DNA of 64,000 nt. Source: Pirellulales bacterium. GTDB taxonomy: Bacteria; Planctomycetota; Planctomycetia; Pirellulales; JACPPG01. Numbering within the stretch: the first letter of the stretch is position 1; every line of letters starts with the position of its first letter. This document shows positions 1 through 8,604 of this stretch, one piece after another. A model generated the notes under the pieces. It made no database searches. It saw only the letters and a list, made by a program, of their open reading frames with translations, and was not told the DNA's origin. The stretch is taken from positions 59,144 to 123,143 of the forward strand of contig DASYDW010000123.1 in NCBI GenBank assembly GCA_036499395.1, read 5' to 3'. Made by a program: the position numbers and the translations under genes.

Positions 1-843
1 GATACGCCACTCTCGGATGTGGCCGATTTCTTCGCCGCGAAGTTCGACATCAACGTGCAACTCGACACTAAAGGTCTGGCTGACTCGGCGGTCGATTCCG
101 CAGCTCCGGTAACGATCTCGCTCCGCAAGCCGATTTCGTTCGCGTCGGCACTACGGCTGATTCTAAACGACTTTGACCTGACATTCGTTGTCCAAAACGA
201 GGTTCTGAAGATCACAAGCAATGAAATAGCGGGGGAATTCCTAACGACTGAGGTTTACTTTGTCGGTGATCTCGTCAAAACCGTTTGGCCGAAGACCCCG
301 CAATTCTACGGGTTGATGAACACGATCTCGTCGACCATTCAGCCAGATTCGTGGGACGACAGTGGCGGACCTGGCAGCATGGAGCCGTTTCACAATGAGT
401 TCTTGGTTATCGCTCAGACACAAGCTGTACACGAAGAATTGGAAAAACTGTTGCGCGATGCACGCGCACAGATTAAGGCTCATTCCACTGGTACGGAGCC
501 GCTCGGACCGAACGAAATGCGGCCGCTGATATATTGGGTTCCGGCGGGTTCCGGCGAGCAAATGGCTGCGGCAATACGTAAGGTATTTTCACCCGCGACG
601 TGGAAGGAGAACGGCGGCTGCGGAGAAATACGTGTTGTGCGCGCTGCGATTAGCGACGGTGAAAACCTACACGACAGTCTATTCGTACTTCAAACGGAAG
701 ACGTGCACGAACCGCTTACTGAGCTTTTGCGGATTTGGCAGTTTCGCCGACCATTAGTCATCGGAGGTGGCTCGACTGGTTCGCCAAAGGACGCGGGGGC
801 AACGAACACGCCTACGCGCGAGAATGCTGCGCCTGGCAAGTAA
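1..843 (+). CDS. Hypothetical protein, 5'-truncated by the window edge, with a secretin/STN-like short domain pattern
   Basis: Frame 1 is open from nt 1 (DTPLSDVADFFAAKFDINVQLD...), stop at 841-843. The motifs TPLSDV-x-DF...F-x-INV and VYFVGDLV...IQPDSWDDSGGPGS...LVIAQTQAVHEELEKLL resemble the repeated secretin-N-like module common in planctomycete envelope proteins. Confidence 0.5.
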   Translation, partial: DTPLSDVADFFAAKFDINVQLDTKGLADSAVDSAAPVTISLRKPISFASALRLILNDFDLTFVVQNEVLKITSNEIAGEFLTTEVYFVGDLVKTVWPKTPQFYGLMNTISSTIQPDSWDDSGGPGSMEPFHNEFLVIAQTQAVHEELEKLLRDARAQIKAHSTGTEPLGPNEMRPLIYWVPAGSGEQMAAAIRKVFSPATWKENGGCGEIRVVRAAISDGENLHDSLFVLQTEDVHEPLTELLRIWQFRRPLVIGGGSTGSPKDAGATNTPTRENAAPGK

Positions 844-927
844 CCAGGAAGGCGTGAGAAACGAGAAGTTCGCAGACCGCGCCGCGCCAAACTCACGCAC
901 TAGAGTCGCGGGGTGGTGCAGTTTCCC

Positions 928-1218
928 CTACTCCGCGATCGCTTCTTTGACCGTCTGGACGAAGTGCGGCGTTTTGGCCGAGGCGGTGAGTTCGGCCGCC
1001 TTCTTGTCGGCCGCCTTGCGCTCGCTGTAATCGAACAGGGCGACCCGCTTCATCGACTGGTTAAAGACGCCCCAGAAGGCCTTCAGGCGGACGTCCTTGG
1101 CGGCCTTGGCACGGCTCTTGCGCTTGGCCGGAACCTTCTTTGCCGGCTTGCCATCGGCAGCCTCGGCGGCTTCGGCCTCTTTACGCAATTCTTTTCGATT
1201 GACGATCTTACGAGCCAT
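928..1218 (-). CDS. Small Lys/Ala-rich basic protein, function unknown
   Basis: ATG at 1218 gives MARKIVNRKELRKEAEAAEAADGKPAKKVPAKRKSRAKAAKD... (96 aa): a Lys/Ala-rich tail followed by a more ordered C-terminal half. The ORF-track start at 1278 adds an implausible Arg/Gly leader. Confidence 0.45.
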   Translation of the reverse strand: MARKIVNRKELRKEAEAAEAADGKPAKKVPAKRKSRAKAAKDVRLKAFWGVFNQSMKRVALFDYSERKAADKKAAELTASAKTPHFVQTVKEAIAE

Positions 1219-1368
1219 GGCATGCTTCCCGCGCGTCGATTCCCCGGAGCGATCCGCCCGGCCGCTGATCCCCACCACCGAGGGGGAACTTGGGCGCCCA
1301 TTGCCACCATAATAACCGATTCAGCCCCGACCGACTAGCGGAACCGCGGGAGTTGGGAAGCCCACGCG

Positions 1369-2283
1369 TCAGTCGTCGATGCGTCCTGGCCGGCCGTCGA
1401 GACCACCGGACGCCTCGAACAGCATCAGGGCCTGACGTACGGGGCCCACGTCGTGGACCCGGATGATCTGCACACCCTGTTGGGCAAGCGCCAGGGCCAC
1501 GCCGATCGTCCCTGGCGTGCGGTCGACTTCCTTGTCGTGGATCACCTTGCCGATGAATCCTTTGCGCGAATGCCCGACCAGTACCGGCTGTCCCAGCTCG
1601 TGCAGTCCTCGGCAGGCGGCCAGCAGGGTCAGGCTGTGTTGGTGCGTTTTGCCGAATCCGATGCCGGGATCGAGGGCGAGTCTGTCGCGCTCGATGCCGG
1701 CCACGAGCAGCGCGTCGCGCCGCTCGCGCAAATAGGCGAAGACTTCGGCCACGACGTCATCGTAGCGCGGGTCGAGTTGCATGGTTTGCGGGGTGCCGCG
1801 CATGTGCATCGCGCACAAACCGGCCTTCGTCTCGAGCGCCACTTCAATCATCGCCGGATCGCCGGTGAGGGCCGTGATGTCGTTGATCACTTCGGCTCCG
1901 GCGGCAACTGCCTCGCGCGCCACCGCGGCTTTCCAGGTGTCGATCGAAATCGGCACGCGCGTCGCCTCGGCCACGGCCTGGACGACAGGCAGGACGCGTT
2001 GCAATTCCGCGCGTGCCTCGACCACATCGGCGAACGGGCGCGCGCTTTCGCCACCGATATCCAACAAATCGGCCCCCTCGGCCACTAGCCGTAGCGCTTG
2101 ATCGACGGCCGCTTTCGTTTCCGCGAAACGTCCGCCGTCCGAGAAACTATCCGGCGTGACGTTGATGATGCCCATCACGAGCGGGCGAAGCGGCAAGGCG
2201 AGCGAGCGCGTCTTCAATTGCCAGGCGCGGGCGCGGCCAGGAATCTGGCCGGGATAGACAAGTGGTGCCTCGACGTTCATCAC
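1369..2283 (-). CDS. folP: Dihydropteroate synthase
   Basis: Hallmark GIINVTPDSFSDGG, plus DIGGESARP and pterin-binding family features over the full length. GTG at 2283 or ATG at 2280. Confidence 0.9.
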   Translation of the reverse strand: MMNVEAPLVYPGQIPGRARAWQLKTRSLALPLRPLVMGIINVTPDSFSDGGRFAETKAAVDQALRLVAEGADLLDIGGESARPFADVVEARAELQRVLPVVQAVAEATRVPISIDTWKAAVAREAVAAGAEVINDITALTGDPAMIEVALETKAGLCAMHMRGTPQTMQLDPRYDDVVAEVFAYLRERRDALLVAGIERDRLALDPGIGFGKTHQHSLTLLAACRGLHELGQPVLVGHSRKGFIGKVIHDKEVDRTPGTIGVALALAQQGVQIIRVHDVGPVRQALMLFEASGGLDGRPGRIDD

Positions 2284-2290
2284 GCCGAGC

Positions 2291-2860
2291 TTACCACGGG
2301 GTCTCCATCATGGAAACGATCTGATAGGACAGCTTGGTCACCACGTCTTGTTGCGCCGTGGCCACGGATTGGCCGACTTCCGGCACCAGGTCCGCCGTCT
2401 GGCTGATATTGGCCACGGTGCCTGGGAGCGGGACCTTCTGCGATTGGGCAAGCAGCGCTCCCTGCCGATCGAGCCACGTGACCTCGATGAAGAATTCGAC
2501 CTGCGATTCGCGCGGCTCGTCGGTCGGTGCCTCGACGATGATCCGCTTTACTTCGTTCAAAATGCGCCCCGAGAGGACGCTGTCGGCATTGGGATTGTTA
2601 ACGACTTTGTAGTTCGTCCGCTTTTCAATCTCCTTGCAGACCGATTCGGTCAACTGCTCGGCCAGCCCCTTGCGGTAGCTGTCGGACTGAAACATGGGGA
2701 CGTAAACCGTCTGAATGTCGGCGGGAAAGAGGGAGTCAGCGCCGAATCGATATTGCGCGCAACCCACGGTCACGACCGCCAGCGACACCGCGAGCAGGAG
2801 CGTGCCGAGAGCGGATCGCCCCCAGCTTCTGCCTCGCCAGGATGTATCAAGCGCGTTCAT
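2291..2860 (-). CDS. LptE-like LPS-assembly lipoprotein (putative)
   Basis: Internal ATG at 2860 gives a signal peptide with lipobox (LAVVTVGC). About 190 aa, with the pattern IQTVYVPMFQSDSYRKGLAEQLTESVCKEIEKRTNYKVVNNPNADSVLSGRI typical of LptE/RlpB. The start overlaps the upstream stop as ATGA (2857-2860). Confidence 0.5.
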   Translation of the reverse strand: MNALDTSWRGRSWGRSALGTLLLAVSLAVVTVGCAQYRFGADSLFPADIQTVYVPMFQSDSYRKGLAEQLTESVCKEIEKRTNYKVVNNPNADSVLSGRILNEVKRIIVEAPTDEPRESQVEFFIEVTWLDRQGALLAQSQKVPLPGTVANISQTADLVPEVGQSVATAQQDVVTKLSYQIVSMMETPW

Positions 2861-4317
2861 CGCTGATCCTGCGGTTGACGAGCTACGGCGGGTGCTTGTG
2901 GCGCGCCCGGCGGCGGAGTCAGTTGCGGTCCGGCGAAGATCGGCGAATCTTGCGGCGCTGTCGGCCCAGCCGGCGCGCCAGGCTGCAGAGGCACACCCGG
3001 TGCCCCCGGCGGCAATTGCGGCGCGCGGCGGAACTTGCTGGCGATCCACTCGATCTCGTTCTTCGAATCAGGCGGCTTGTCCTTGATCGAATCCATGTTC
3101 GCCTTGGCGAGGTCGGCGAACCGGCTTTGCGGATATTGCTTTACCACCTCGGCGTAGTAAAAGCGGGCCGCGTAGTAGTGCCGGCTGTTTTGATAGAACT
3201 GACCCAGCGAATAATCGCGCTCGGCCATTTGTGCTTCGATTGTCTTCAGGGCTTGCGCGATATTTTCACGCTCGTTCGGCATCTGCGCGACGAATTGCGT
3301 TTGCAAGGTCTGCGCCAGCTTCCTCGCCTCGAGCAGCGGCCGCGCATCGTAATGCGGCCCTTGATAGGAGCGCAGCTTGGCTTGCATGCCCAACAGGTGC
3401 GCCTGCGGCTGGAACTCGCTTTGCGGGAATTCGGTCCGCATCAGGTCGTAGTGATAGGCCGCGTCTTCCCAGCGACCATTCAAGAACAAGGTGTTGGCCG
3501 TGGCCATCGTGGCATCGTCAGCCAGTGGTCCGGTGGGGTCATCCATGCGGATGCTCTCGTAAATCGCCACGGTATTGGAGATGGTGTCCCAGACCGGCAT
3601 CGACTTGTCTTTGAAATTCAAACCACGAACGGGATCGTCCTTGCTGCGCTGTTCCCAATAGCGGCCGATGGCGAAGCGGCGCTTGATGATGACGTCCAGA
3701 TGGCGCGAGTTCTCGTACTTCTTCAGCAGCTTGTGGTAGGCGTCGCTCGCCTTGGGGTAGTGGTTCAACTGAAAGTGGGACTCGCCCAGCATGAACAGGG
3801 CGTCTTCTTGCAAGCTGGAATCGGGCCAGCGGTACGAGGCAACCTTGTATTCGTCGACGGCCTTTTCGTAATCTCCTTCGCGGAAATACAGATCGGCCAT
3901 GTTGTAACTATGCCGGGCGATCGCCTCGTTCGGGCCGCGGCCGATCATTTTCTTGAAGCCAGAGGAAAATTTCTTCGGCGACGCGGCCTCTTGAACGCGT
4001 TCCCAAGTCGACGGCTTCTTTTCGTCGGGATCGAGCAGGTCCGGATCGACCGAGGAGGGATCGAACCGGTAAGGATCGTTCGCCGTGCTCGTCGAAACCG
4101 GTGTGGCCGAGGCCAGGTTGCCCGTGGCCGGACTCGCGCCCGGAGTCGCCGGCGCACCTGGCGACGTCGACCCTGCCGACGAGGCGGCGATGGCTGTCGA
4201 ATAGGGCGTGAGGGGGCCTTCGACCGAAGCGATCTGCTTCGAGCCGGTGCAGCCTGCCGCGGCGCACAACGCCGCCGCGAGCAGTCTCATCAGGTGCTTA
4301 CCGAAAACCGCGCGCAT
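2857..4317 (-). CDS. BamD/YfiO-like TPR outer-membrane lipoprotein with Pro/Ala/Ser-rich linker and Pro-rich C-terminal tail
   Basis: ATG at 4317 gives MRAVFGKHLMRLLAAALCAAAGC (lipoprotein signal). TPR-like core (YFREGDYEKAVDEYKVASYRWPDSSLQEDALFMLGESHFQLNHYPKASDAYHKLLKKY). The C-terminus is PPGAPGVPLQPGAPAGP-rich. Confidence 0.6.
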   Translation of the reverse strand: MRAVFGKHLMRLLAAALCAAAGCTGSKQIASVEGPLTPYSTAIAASSAGSTSPGAPATPGASPATGNLASATPVSTSTANDPYRFDPSSVDPDLLDPDEKKPSTWERVQEAASPKKFSSGFKKMIGRGPNEAIARHSYNMADLYFREGDYEKAVDEYKVASYRWPDSSLQEDALFMLGESHFQLNHYPKASDAYHKLLKKYENSRHLDVIIKRRFAIGRYWEQRSKDDPVRGLNFKDKSMPVWDTISNTVAIYESIRMDDPTGPLADDATMATANTLFLNGRWEDAAYHYDLMRTEFPQSEFQPQAHLLGMQAKLRSYQGPHYDARPLLEARKLAQTLQTQFVAQMPNERENIAQALKTIEAQMAERDYSLGQFYQNSRHYYAARFYYAEVVKQYPQSRFADLAKANMDSIKDKPPDSKNEIEWIASKFRRAPQLPPGAPGVPLQPGAPAGPTAPQDSPIFAGPQLTPPPGAPQAPAVARQPQDQR

Positions 4318-4337
4318 GCCAACTTCCGTGTTCGCTG

Positions 4338-5096
4338 CTAACTCGCCTTCGTTTTCAGGTAACCGTGCATGCGCAATTTGCGCCCCAGAAGATTGCACAG
4401 GTACTGATTCATCAATCCACGTAACTCGCCGCTGATCGATCGTTCGAGCACGATCGTGCCAGCCATCTCTTCGTTCGACTCGGAAAGCGCTAGCAAGGCA
4501 CTGATTCCCTGCGCGCTGACCGAAACGATCTGTCGTTTGCCGCGTCGGCAAGCTTCGCAAAGCACGCCTCCGGCCAGTTGACCAAATGCCACGCGGCCTC
4601 GTGCCGCGAGGTCCTTTCCGCACTCCGCGCACTGCGCGAGCGCGGGCTGATGCCCGAGCATGCGTAGCGCATTCAATTCAAAACGCAACAAGACGACATC
4701 CACAGGCGCGTGCCCTTCCATCAGCCGCACAAGCGTATTGTCAGCGGCGTCGAAAAGGTCGGGATGTGGATCGGCGTCGTCAGTGAGCTCGTTCAATAAC
4801 TCAGCGACGTAGTAGCCCGCGTATAGACTTGATAGGTCGCGGTTTGCCGGCCGATAGCGTCGCTCCAGCTTCGCCTCGGTCAGCAAATCGAGGGCTTCGG
4901 ACGATTTGCGGAGGAAGACTAGCCGACATAACGACAGCAGGTCAAGGGCAGACTCAAACGGACCCTTGGGCCGGCGAGCCCCCTTGGCCAAGCCACGTAT
5001 CTTGCCGAAATCGCGGGTAAACAGCGTCACGACGCTGCTTGTCTCGCTGAACTCAACAGCCCGTAATACCAGGGCCAGCGTCTTTTCGGCCGCCAT
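4338..5096 (-). CDS. recO: DNA repair protein RecO
   Basis: N-terminal OB-fold pattern LALVLRAVEFSETSSVVTLFTRDFGKIRGLAKGARRPK and a C-terminal Cys pair region CAECG...CEAC, typical of RecO. 252 aa. Confidence 0.85.
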   Translation of the reverse strand: MAAEKTLALVLRAVEFSETSSVVTLFTRDFGKIRGLAKGARRPKGPFESALDLLSLCRLVFLRKSSEALDLLTEAKLERRYRPANRDLSSLYAGYYVAELLNELTDDADPHPDLFDAADNTLVRLMEGHAPVDVVLLRFELNALRMLGHQPALAQCAECGKDLAARGRVAFGQLAGGVLCEACRRGKRQIVSVSAQGISALLALSESNEEMAGTIVLERSISGELRGLMNQYLCNLLGRKLRMHGYLKTKAS

Positions 5097-5114
5097 AAGG
5101 GCTTACACGTTCTC

Positions 5115-6401
5115 TCACGCGCGCGAGGGATTCAAGACCTCGAGGCGCACGCGCTCGATACGCCGCCGGGTGACGTCAATCACGGTCAGGCGAACATCGT
5201 CGACAGTCATCGATTCGTTCACCGTCGGAATATGTCCCAGATGGCTGAAGACGAAGCCACCTATGGTGTCGAAATCGCCGTCCTCGGGCAGGTGCGTCCC
5301 CAGCCGCTCGTTGACTTCGTCGATGCGAACGCGGGCCTGCACTTCGGCCGTGTTGTCGTCGATGCTTTTGATGCCTTCGACCAGGTCCTCGTCATATTCG
5401 TCGACGATCTCGCCCACGATTTCCTCGAGCACGTCCTCGATCGTGACCAGGCCCGACACGCCGCCAAACTCGTCCAGCACCACGGCCATATGGTTGCGGT
5501 TCTGCTGGAACTCTTGCAACAGCTCGTCGAGGCGTTTTGTCTCGGGGACGAACAAGGCCGGACGTAATAAGCTGCTGACATTCGGGGTTCGCTCGGCCGG
5601 CGCCTTCATCAGTTCCGGCAGCAGGTCCTTCATGTGCAGGATGCCGATGATGTCGTCCCGGTTCTTGTCGTACACCGGAATTCGCGTGTGTCCTGAGGTG
5701 ATGACGAATTTTACGACCTCGTCGAGCGACAAGCTGACGCGCATCGACAGCATATATGTGCGCGGCGTCATAACCTGCGCGACCTCGGCATCGCCGAGTT
5801 GAATCACGCCTTCGATCATCTCGCGCGCATCGTCCTCGAGTGATCCTTCGCGACTTGACTCACCCAGCATGCCGCGCGACTCGCCGTCCGACGAGGGTTC
5901 GCCAAGCGCCGCTGGGGTCTGGCCGGCAGCCATTTGCCCCAAGAGCTCGAATCGTTGCGCGGCGATCACCAGCGGCGCCAACAGTCGGCTTACCGCACGC
6001 CACACGGCCCAGGTCGCGGTGATGAACGAGGGACCGAACAGTCGGACCAGCGCGGCCGGAATCCACACATTCGCCATCAACACGGCCAACCCGCCCACGG
6101 CCGCGATCAGGCCGAATTGCGATAAGACGCTCCACTCCTTCACGGCCGGGAGCGACATCAAAAATTCGGCCGTCGCGGCCAGCAACACAGCGGTGGCCAG
6201 CACCTGCAAGCATTCCGCGCCGAGCGCCACTTGTCGCTGGCCGGCCAGGATTTCGCGTACGAGATCGTCCGCGCGGCGGCGCCGACACGCATCTTCAAGC
6301 TCGTCGCGCGATAAATCGCGCAAGACGTGGCCGGCGGTAGCCGCGATCGAGGCGACCAGCAAGCTGGCGACGGCCCACACAATCATGCTGCCCGCGATCA
6401 A
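5115..6401 (-). CDS. CNNM/DUF21-CBS-CorC_HlyC family membrane protein (hemolysin/CorC family)
   Basis: N-terminal TM helices, a CBS pair (VMTPRTYMLSM...IPVYDKNRDDIIGILHMKDLL) and a C-terminal CorC_HlyC domain (FDTIGGFVFSHLGHIP). TTG at 6401 overlaps the ybeY stop; alternative ATG at 6386. Confidence 0.85.
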   Translation of the reverse strand: MIAGSMIVWAVASLLVASIAATAGHVLRDLSRDELEDACRRRRADDLVREILAGQRQVALGAECLQVLATAVLLAATAEFLMSLPAVKEWSVLSQFGLIAAVGGLAVLMANVWIPAALVRLFGPSFITATWAVWRAVSRLLAPLVIAAQRFELLGQMAAGQTPAALGEPSSDGESRGMLGESSREGSLEDDAREMIEGVIQLGDAEVAQVMTPRTYMLSMRVSLSLDEVVKFVITSGHTRIPVYDKNRDDIIGILHMKDLLPELMKAPAERTPNVSSLLRPALFVPETKRLDELLQEFQQNRNHMAVVLDEFGGVSGLVTIEDVLEEIVGEIVDEYDEDLVEGIKSIDDNTAEVQARVRIDEVNERLGTHLPEDGDFDTIGGFVFSHLGHIPTVNESMTVDDVRLTVIDVTRRRIERVRLEVLNPSRA

Positions 6402-6871
6402 GACTGGTTTCCTTTCCCGACCAATTGTCCTTGTGCCATGGTGCCTACGCTCAGGTCGAACCGGGCTAGGTATCGTGTCTCGGCTTCGCGCATGAGGCCG
6501 GCGTCGGCGGGCGACTTGTCGTCGTATCCAACCAGATGCAGCCCGCCATGAATGACATACAGCAAGAGTTCGTCGTCGGGCCGCCAGCCGTATCGCGGGG
6601 CGCTGGCCGTGGCCGTATCGGCGCTGACGACGATTTCGCCGTCGAGCCCCGCGGACGACTCTTCGAGCACGAAGCTCAACACATCCGTGGGATAGTCATG
6701 CTGCAGAAAGCGGCGGTTCAAATCGTGAATCGCCGGGTCGTCCACGATCGCCACGCTGATCGTGGCACGTGCAAAGCCGGCGTCGGCTAGAATCGCGGAC
6801 AGGGCCGCGCGCAGACGCGGCTCGTCGACCGCCATGCGGTGCTGCTCATTGTTGATGTCAATTTGAATCAC
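6398..6871 (-). CDS. ybeY: rRNA maturation endoribonuclease YbeY
   Basis: Zinc-binding signature HGGLHLVGYDD. 157 aa, in the conserved position between the HD-7TM and CorC genes. Confidence 0.9.
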   Translation of the reverse strand: MIQIDINNEQHRMAVDEPRLRAALSAILADAGFARATISVAIVDDPAIHDLNRRFLQHDYPTDVLSFVLEESSAGLDGEIVVSADTATASAPRYGWRPDDELLLYVIHGGLHLVGYDDKSPADAGLMREAETRYLARFDLSVGTMAQGQLVGKGNQS

Positions 6872-6945
6872 GGTCCGACAGCGATCGTGGTGTCAGGGTC
6901 GAGGTGTCAGCGGGTCGAAGCGAGGGCGGCCTGGGTCGACGTGCC

Positions 6946-8595
6946 TCAGGCCGTTCGCTGGTCGGGATATTTGACACGACCATGGTATACGGCTGTGAGC
7001 GATTTTATCAAACTGTCGCGGACAACGCGGAGTTGCTTCAGCGTCAGCCCACATTCGTCGAATTGTCCGTCCAGTAGCCGCTTCATGGCGATGTCCTCGA
7101 CCAGCCCTTCGATGCGGGCTGGCGTCGGTTCGACCAGCGCCCGGGCCGCGCTTTCCACGGCATCGGCCAGCATCAGCACGGCCGTCTCACGCGTTTGTGG
7201 CTTCGGACCGGGATAGCGGAACGCCTCTTCATGGACCGATCCGCCATTCGGATTGGTTTCGTTCTGCTGGCTGGCACGGCGATAGAAATACTCGACCAGC
7301 GTCGTGCCGTGATGCTGCTCGATGAAATCGATCACTGGCTCAGGCAAATGATGTTGCCGGGCCAGGTCGGCGCCATCCTTGACGTGGGCGATGATGATCA
7401 GCGTGCTCATGGCCGGCACCAGCGAATCATGGCGATTCGAGGCGGCACTTTGATTCTCAACGAAATAGTCGGGCTTCAACATCTTGCCCACGTCGTGGAA
7501 GTACGCTCCCACGCGCACCAGCAGCCGGCGGGCGCCGATCGCTTCGGCCGCGGCCTCGGCGATCGAGGCCACGTTGATCGAGTGGTTGTAGGTGCCTGGC
7601 GCTCGGCGCACGAGCTCTTGTAAGAGCGGGTGCGAGGCGTCACCCAGTTCGAGCAGACTGATGTCGGTCAGCACGCCGAAGACCGATTCGATCGAAGGCA
7701 GCAAACCGGTGACGAAGAAGCCCGCGGCAAAGGCCCACAGCCCATTCCGCATAGCCAGCTCCCACAGCGGACTCCCGAGCGGTTGGCCTTCCAAGAGGCC
7801 GGTGATGAGTGACAAGCCGAAGGTCGCGACGCCGGTGAAAAAGCCAACTTTGATTAGCTTGCTACGACTGCGGATACGACCCAACAGCAGAATTGCCGTG
7901 GCCGTGGCACCGACCAAGACGACAAACTCACCCAGGCCATAACCGCAGACCAGCCCCAAAAAGATCAATAGCGACGTTGAGAGCAGCAGCGAGAGTTCTC
8001 GCTTATAAGCAATGCCGCAGGTCATGCCGAAGATCAAGACCGGTACGATCTCGGCCCGCCAAGGATAAGGCCAGGCCCAACATGCCAGCGCCGCCGACAC
8101 CACGATCAAGGTCAGCAGCGTGGCGAACCGGCGCACGTCTTTCAGCAGCCGCCGGTCCTGGTGATAGATGAAGTACCCGCACAGCGCATACAGCGCGAAG
8201 ATCATGCCGAATGTGGCCAGCGAACGGACGACACCGTGCATGTGCGAAGTTAAGCCGACTTCATGCGCATGATCCCGCTCGAGCAGTTGGATCATTTCCG
8301 GCGTCAACGGCTCGCCGGCATGTACCAACTCGTTGGCCGTCGATTGCGGGTCGTCGTCGACCGGAATCACGAGCGAGATATCCTCGCTCAGCACGTCGCC
8401 GACGCGATAGACGAACGGCGGTTCCCAGGCCTTGGTCACCGCCCACAGGACTATGGCCGCGACCACGCACATGCCGACGCGCATGAGAACATCGAGCCGC
8501 TGTGCTTGCGTCCAAAAGCGGGCGATACGGCCGGGCGGAGGTCGAAAGGACACAACCCGGGACGAACGCGTATTTTTCTTCGAGCCGATCGACAT
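6946..8595 (-). CDS. 7TM receptor with intracellular HD hydrolase domain (PgpH/YqfF-like phosphohydrolase)
   Basis: Multi-TM central region followed by the HD domain HSINVASIAEAAAEAIGA...GAYFHDVGK. Sits in the conserved neighbourhood between phoH and ybeY. Confidence 0.85.
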   Translation of the reverse strand: MSIGSKKNTRSSRVVSFRPPPGRIARFWTQAQRLDVLMRVGMCVVAAIVLWAVTKAWEPPFVYRVGDVLSEDISLVIPVDDDPQSTANELVHAGEPLTPEMIQLLERDHAHEVGLTSHMHGVVRSLATFGMIFALYALCGYFIYHQDRRLLKDVRRFATLLTLIVVSAALACWAWPYPWRAEIVPVLIFGMTCGIAYKRELSLLLSTSLLIFLGLVCGYGLGEFVVLVGATATAILLLGRIRSRSKLIKVGFFTGVATFGLSLITGLLEGQPLGSPLWELAMRNGLWAFAAGFFVTGLLPSIESVFGVLTDISLLELGDASHPLLQELVRRAPGTYNHSINVASIAEAAAEAIGARRLLVRVGAYFHDVGKMLKPDYFVENQSAASNRHDSLVPAMSTLIIIAHVKDGADLARQHHLPEPVIDFIEQHHGTTLVEYFYRRASQQNETNPNGGSVHEEAFRYPGPKPQTRETAVLMLADAVESAARALVEPTPARIEGLVEDIAMKRLLDGQFDECGLTLKQLRVVRDSLIKSLTAVYHGRVKYPDQRTA

Positions 8596-8604
8596 GGTAG
8601 AGGG

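Noticed and set aside
2842-4341. 499-aa ORF on the plus strand, plus similar long ORFs at 4906..5802, 8263..9123, 13099..14343, 16835..17737, 31248..31937, 35385..37034, 48270..49229, 49713..50474 and 60596..61195
   Set aside because: All lie antisense to, or out of frame within, genes with strong family signatures. Their translations are Arg/Ala/Gly/Pro-rich with no recognisable motifs. This is the classic shadow-ORF behaviour of GC-rich DNA.
4318-4632. N-terminal extensions offered by the ORF track for several genes (2857..4632, 2291..3049, 25656..27857, 28091.., 28646.., 20313..20933, 52885..53730, 57018.., 57590.., 58470..59375, 33115..)
   Set aside because: The extensions are Arg/Gly/Pro-rich, overlap neighbouring genes or repeats, and precede an internal ATG that yields a proper signal peptide or family-typical N-terminus. 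The internal starts were used instead.
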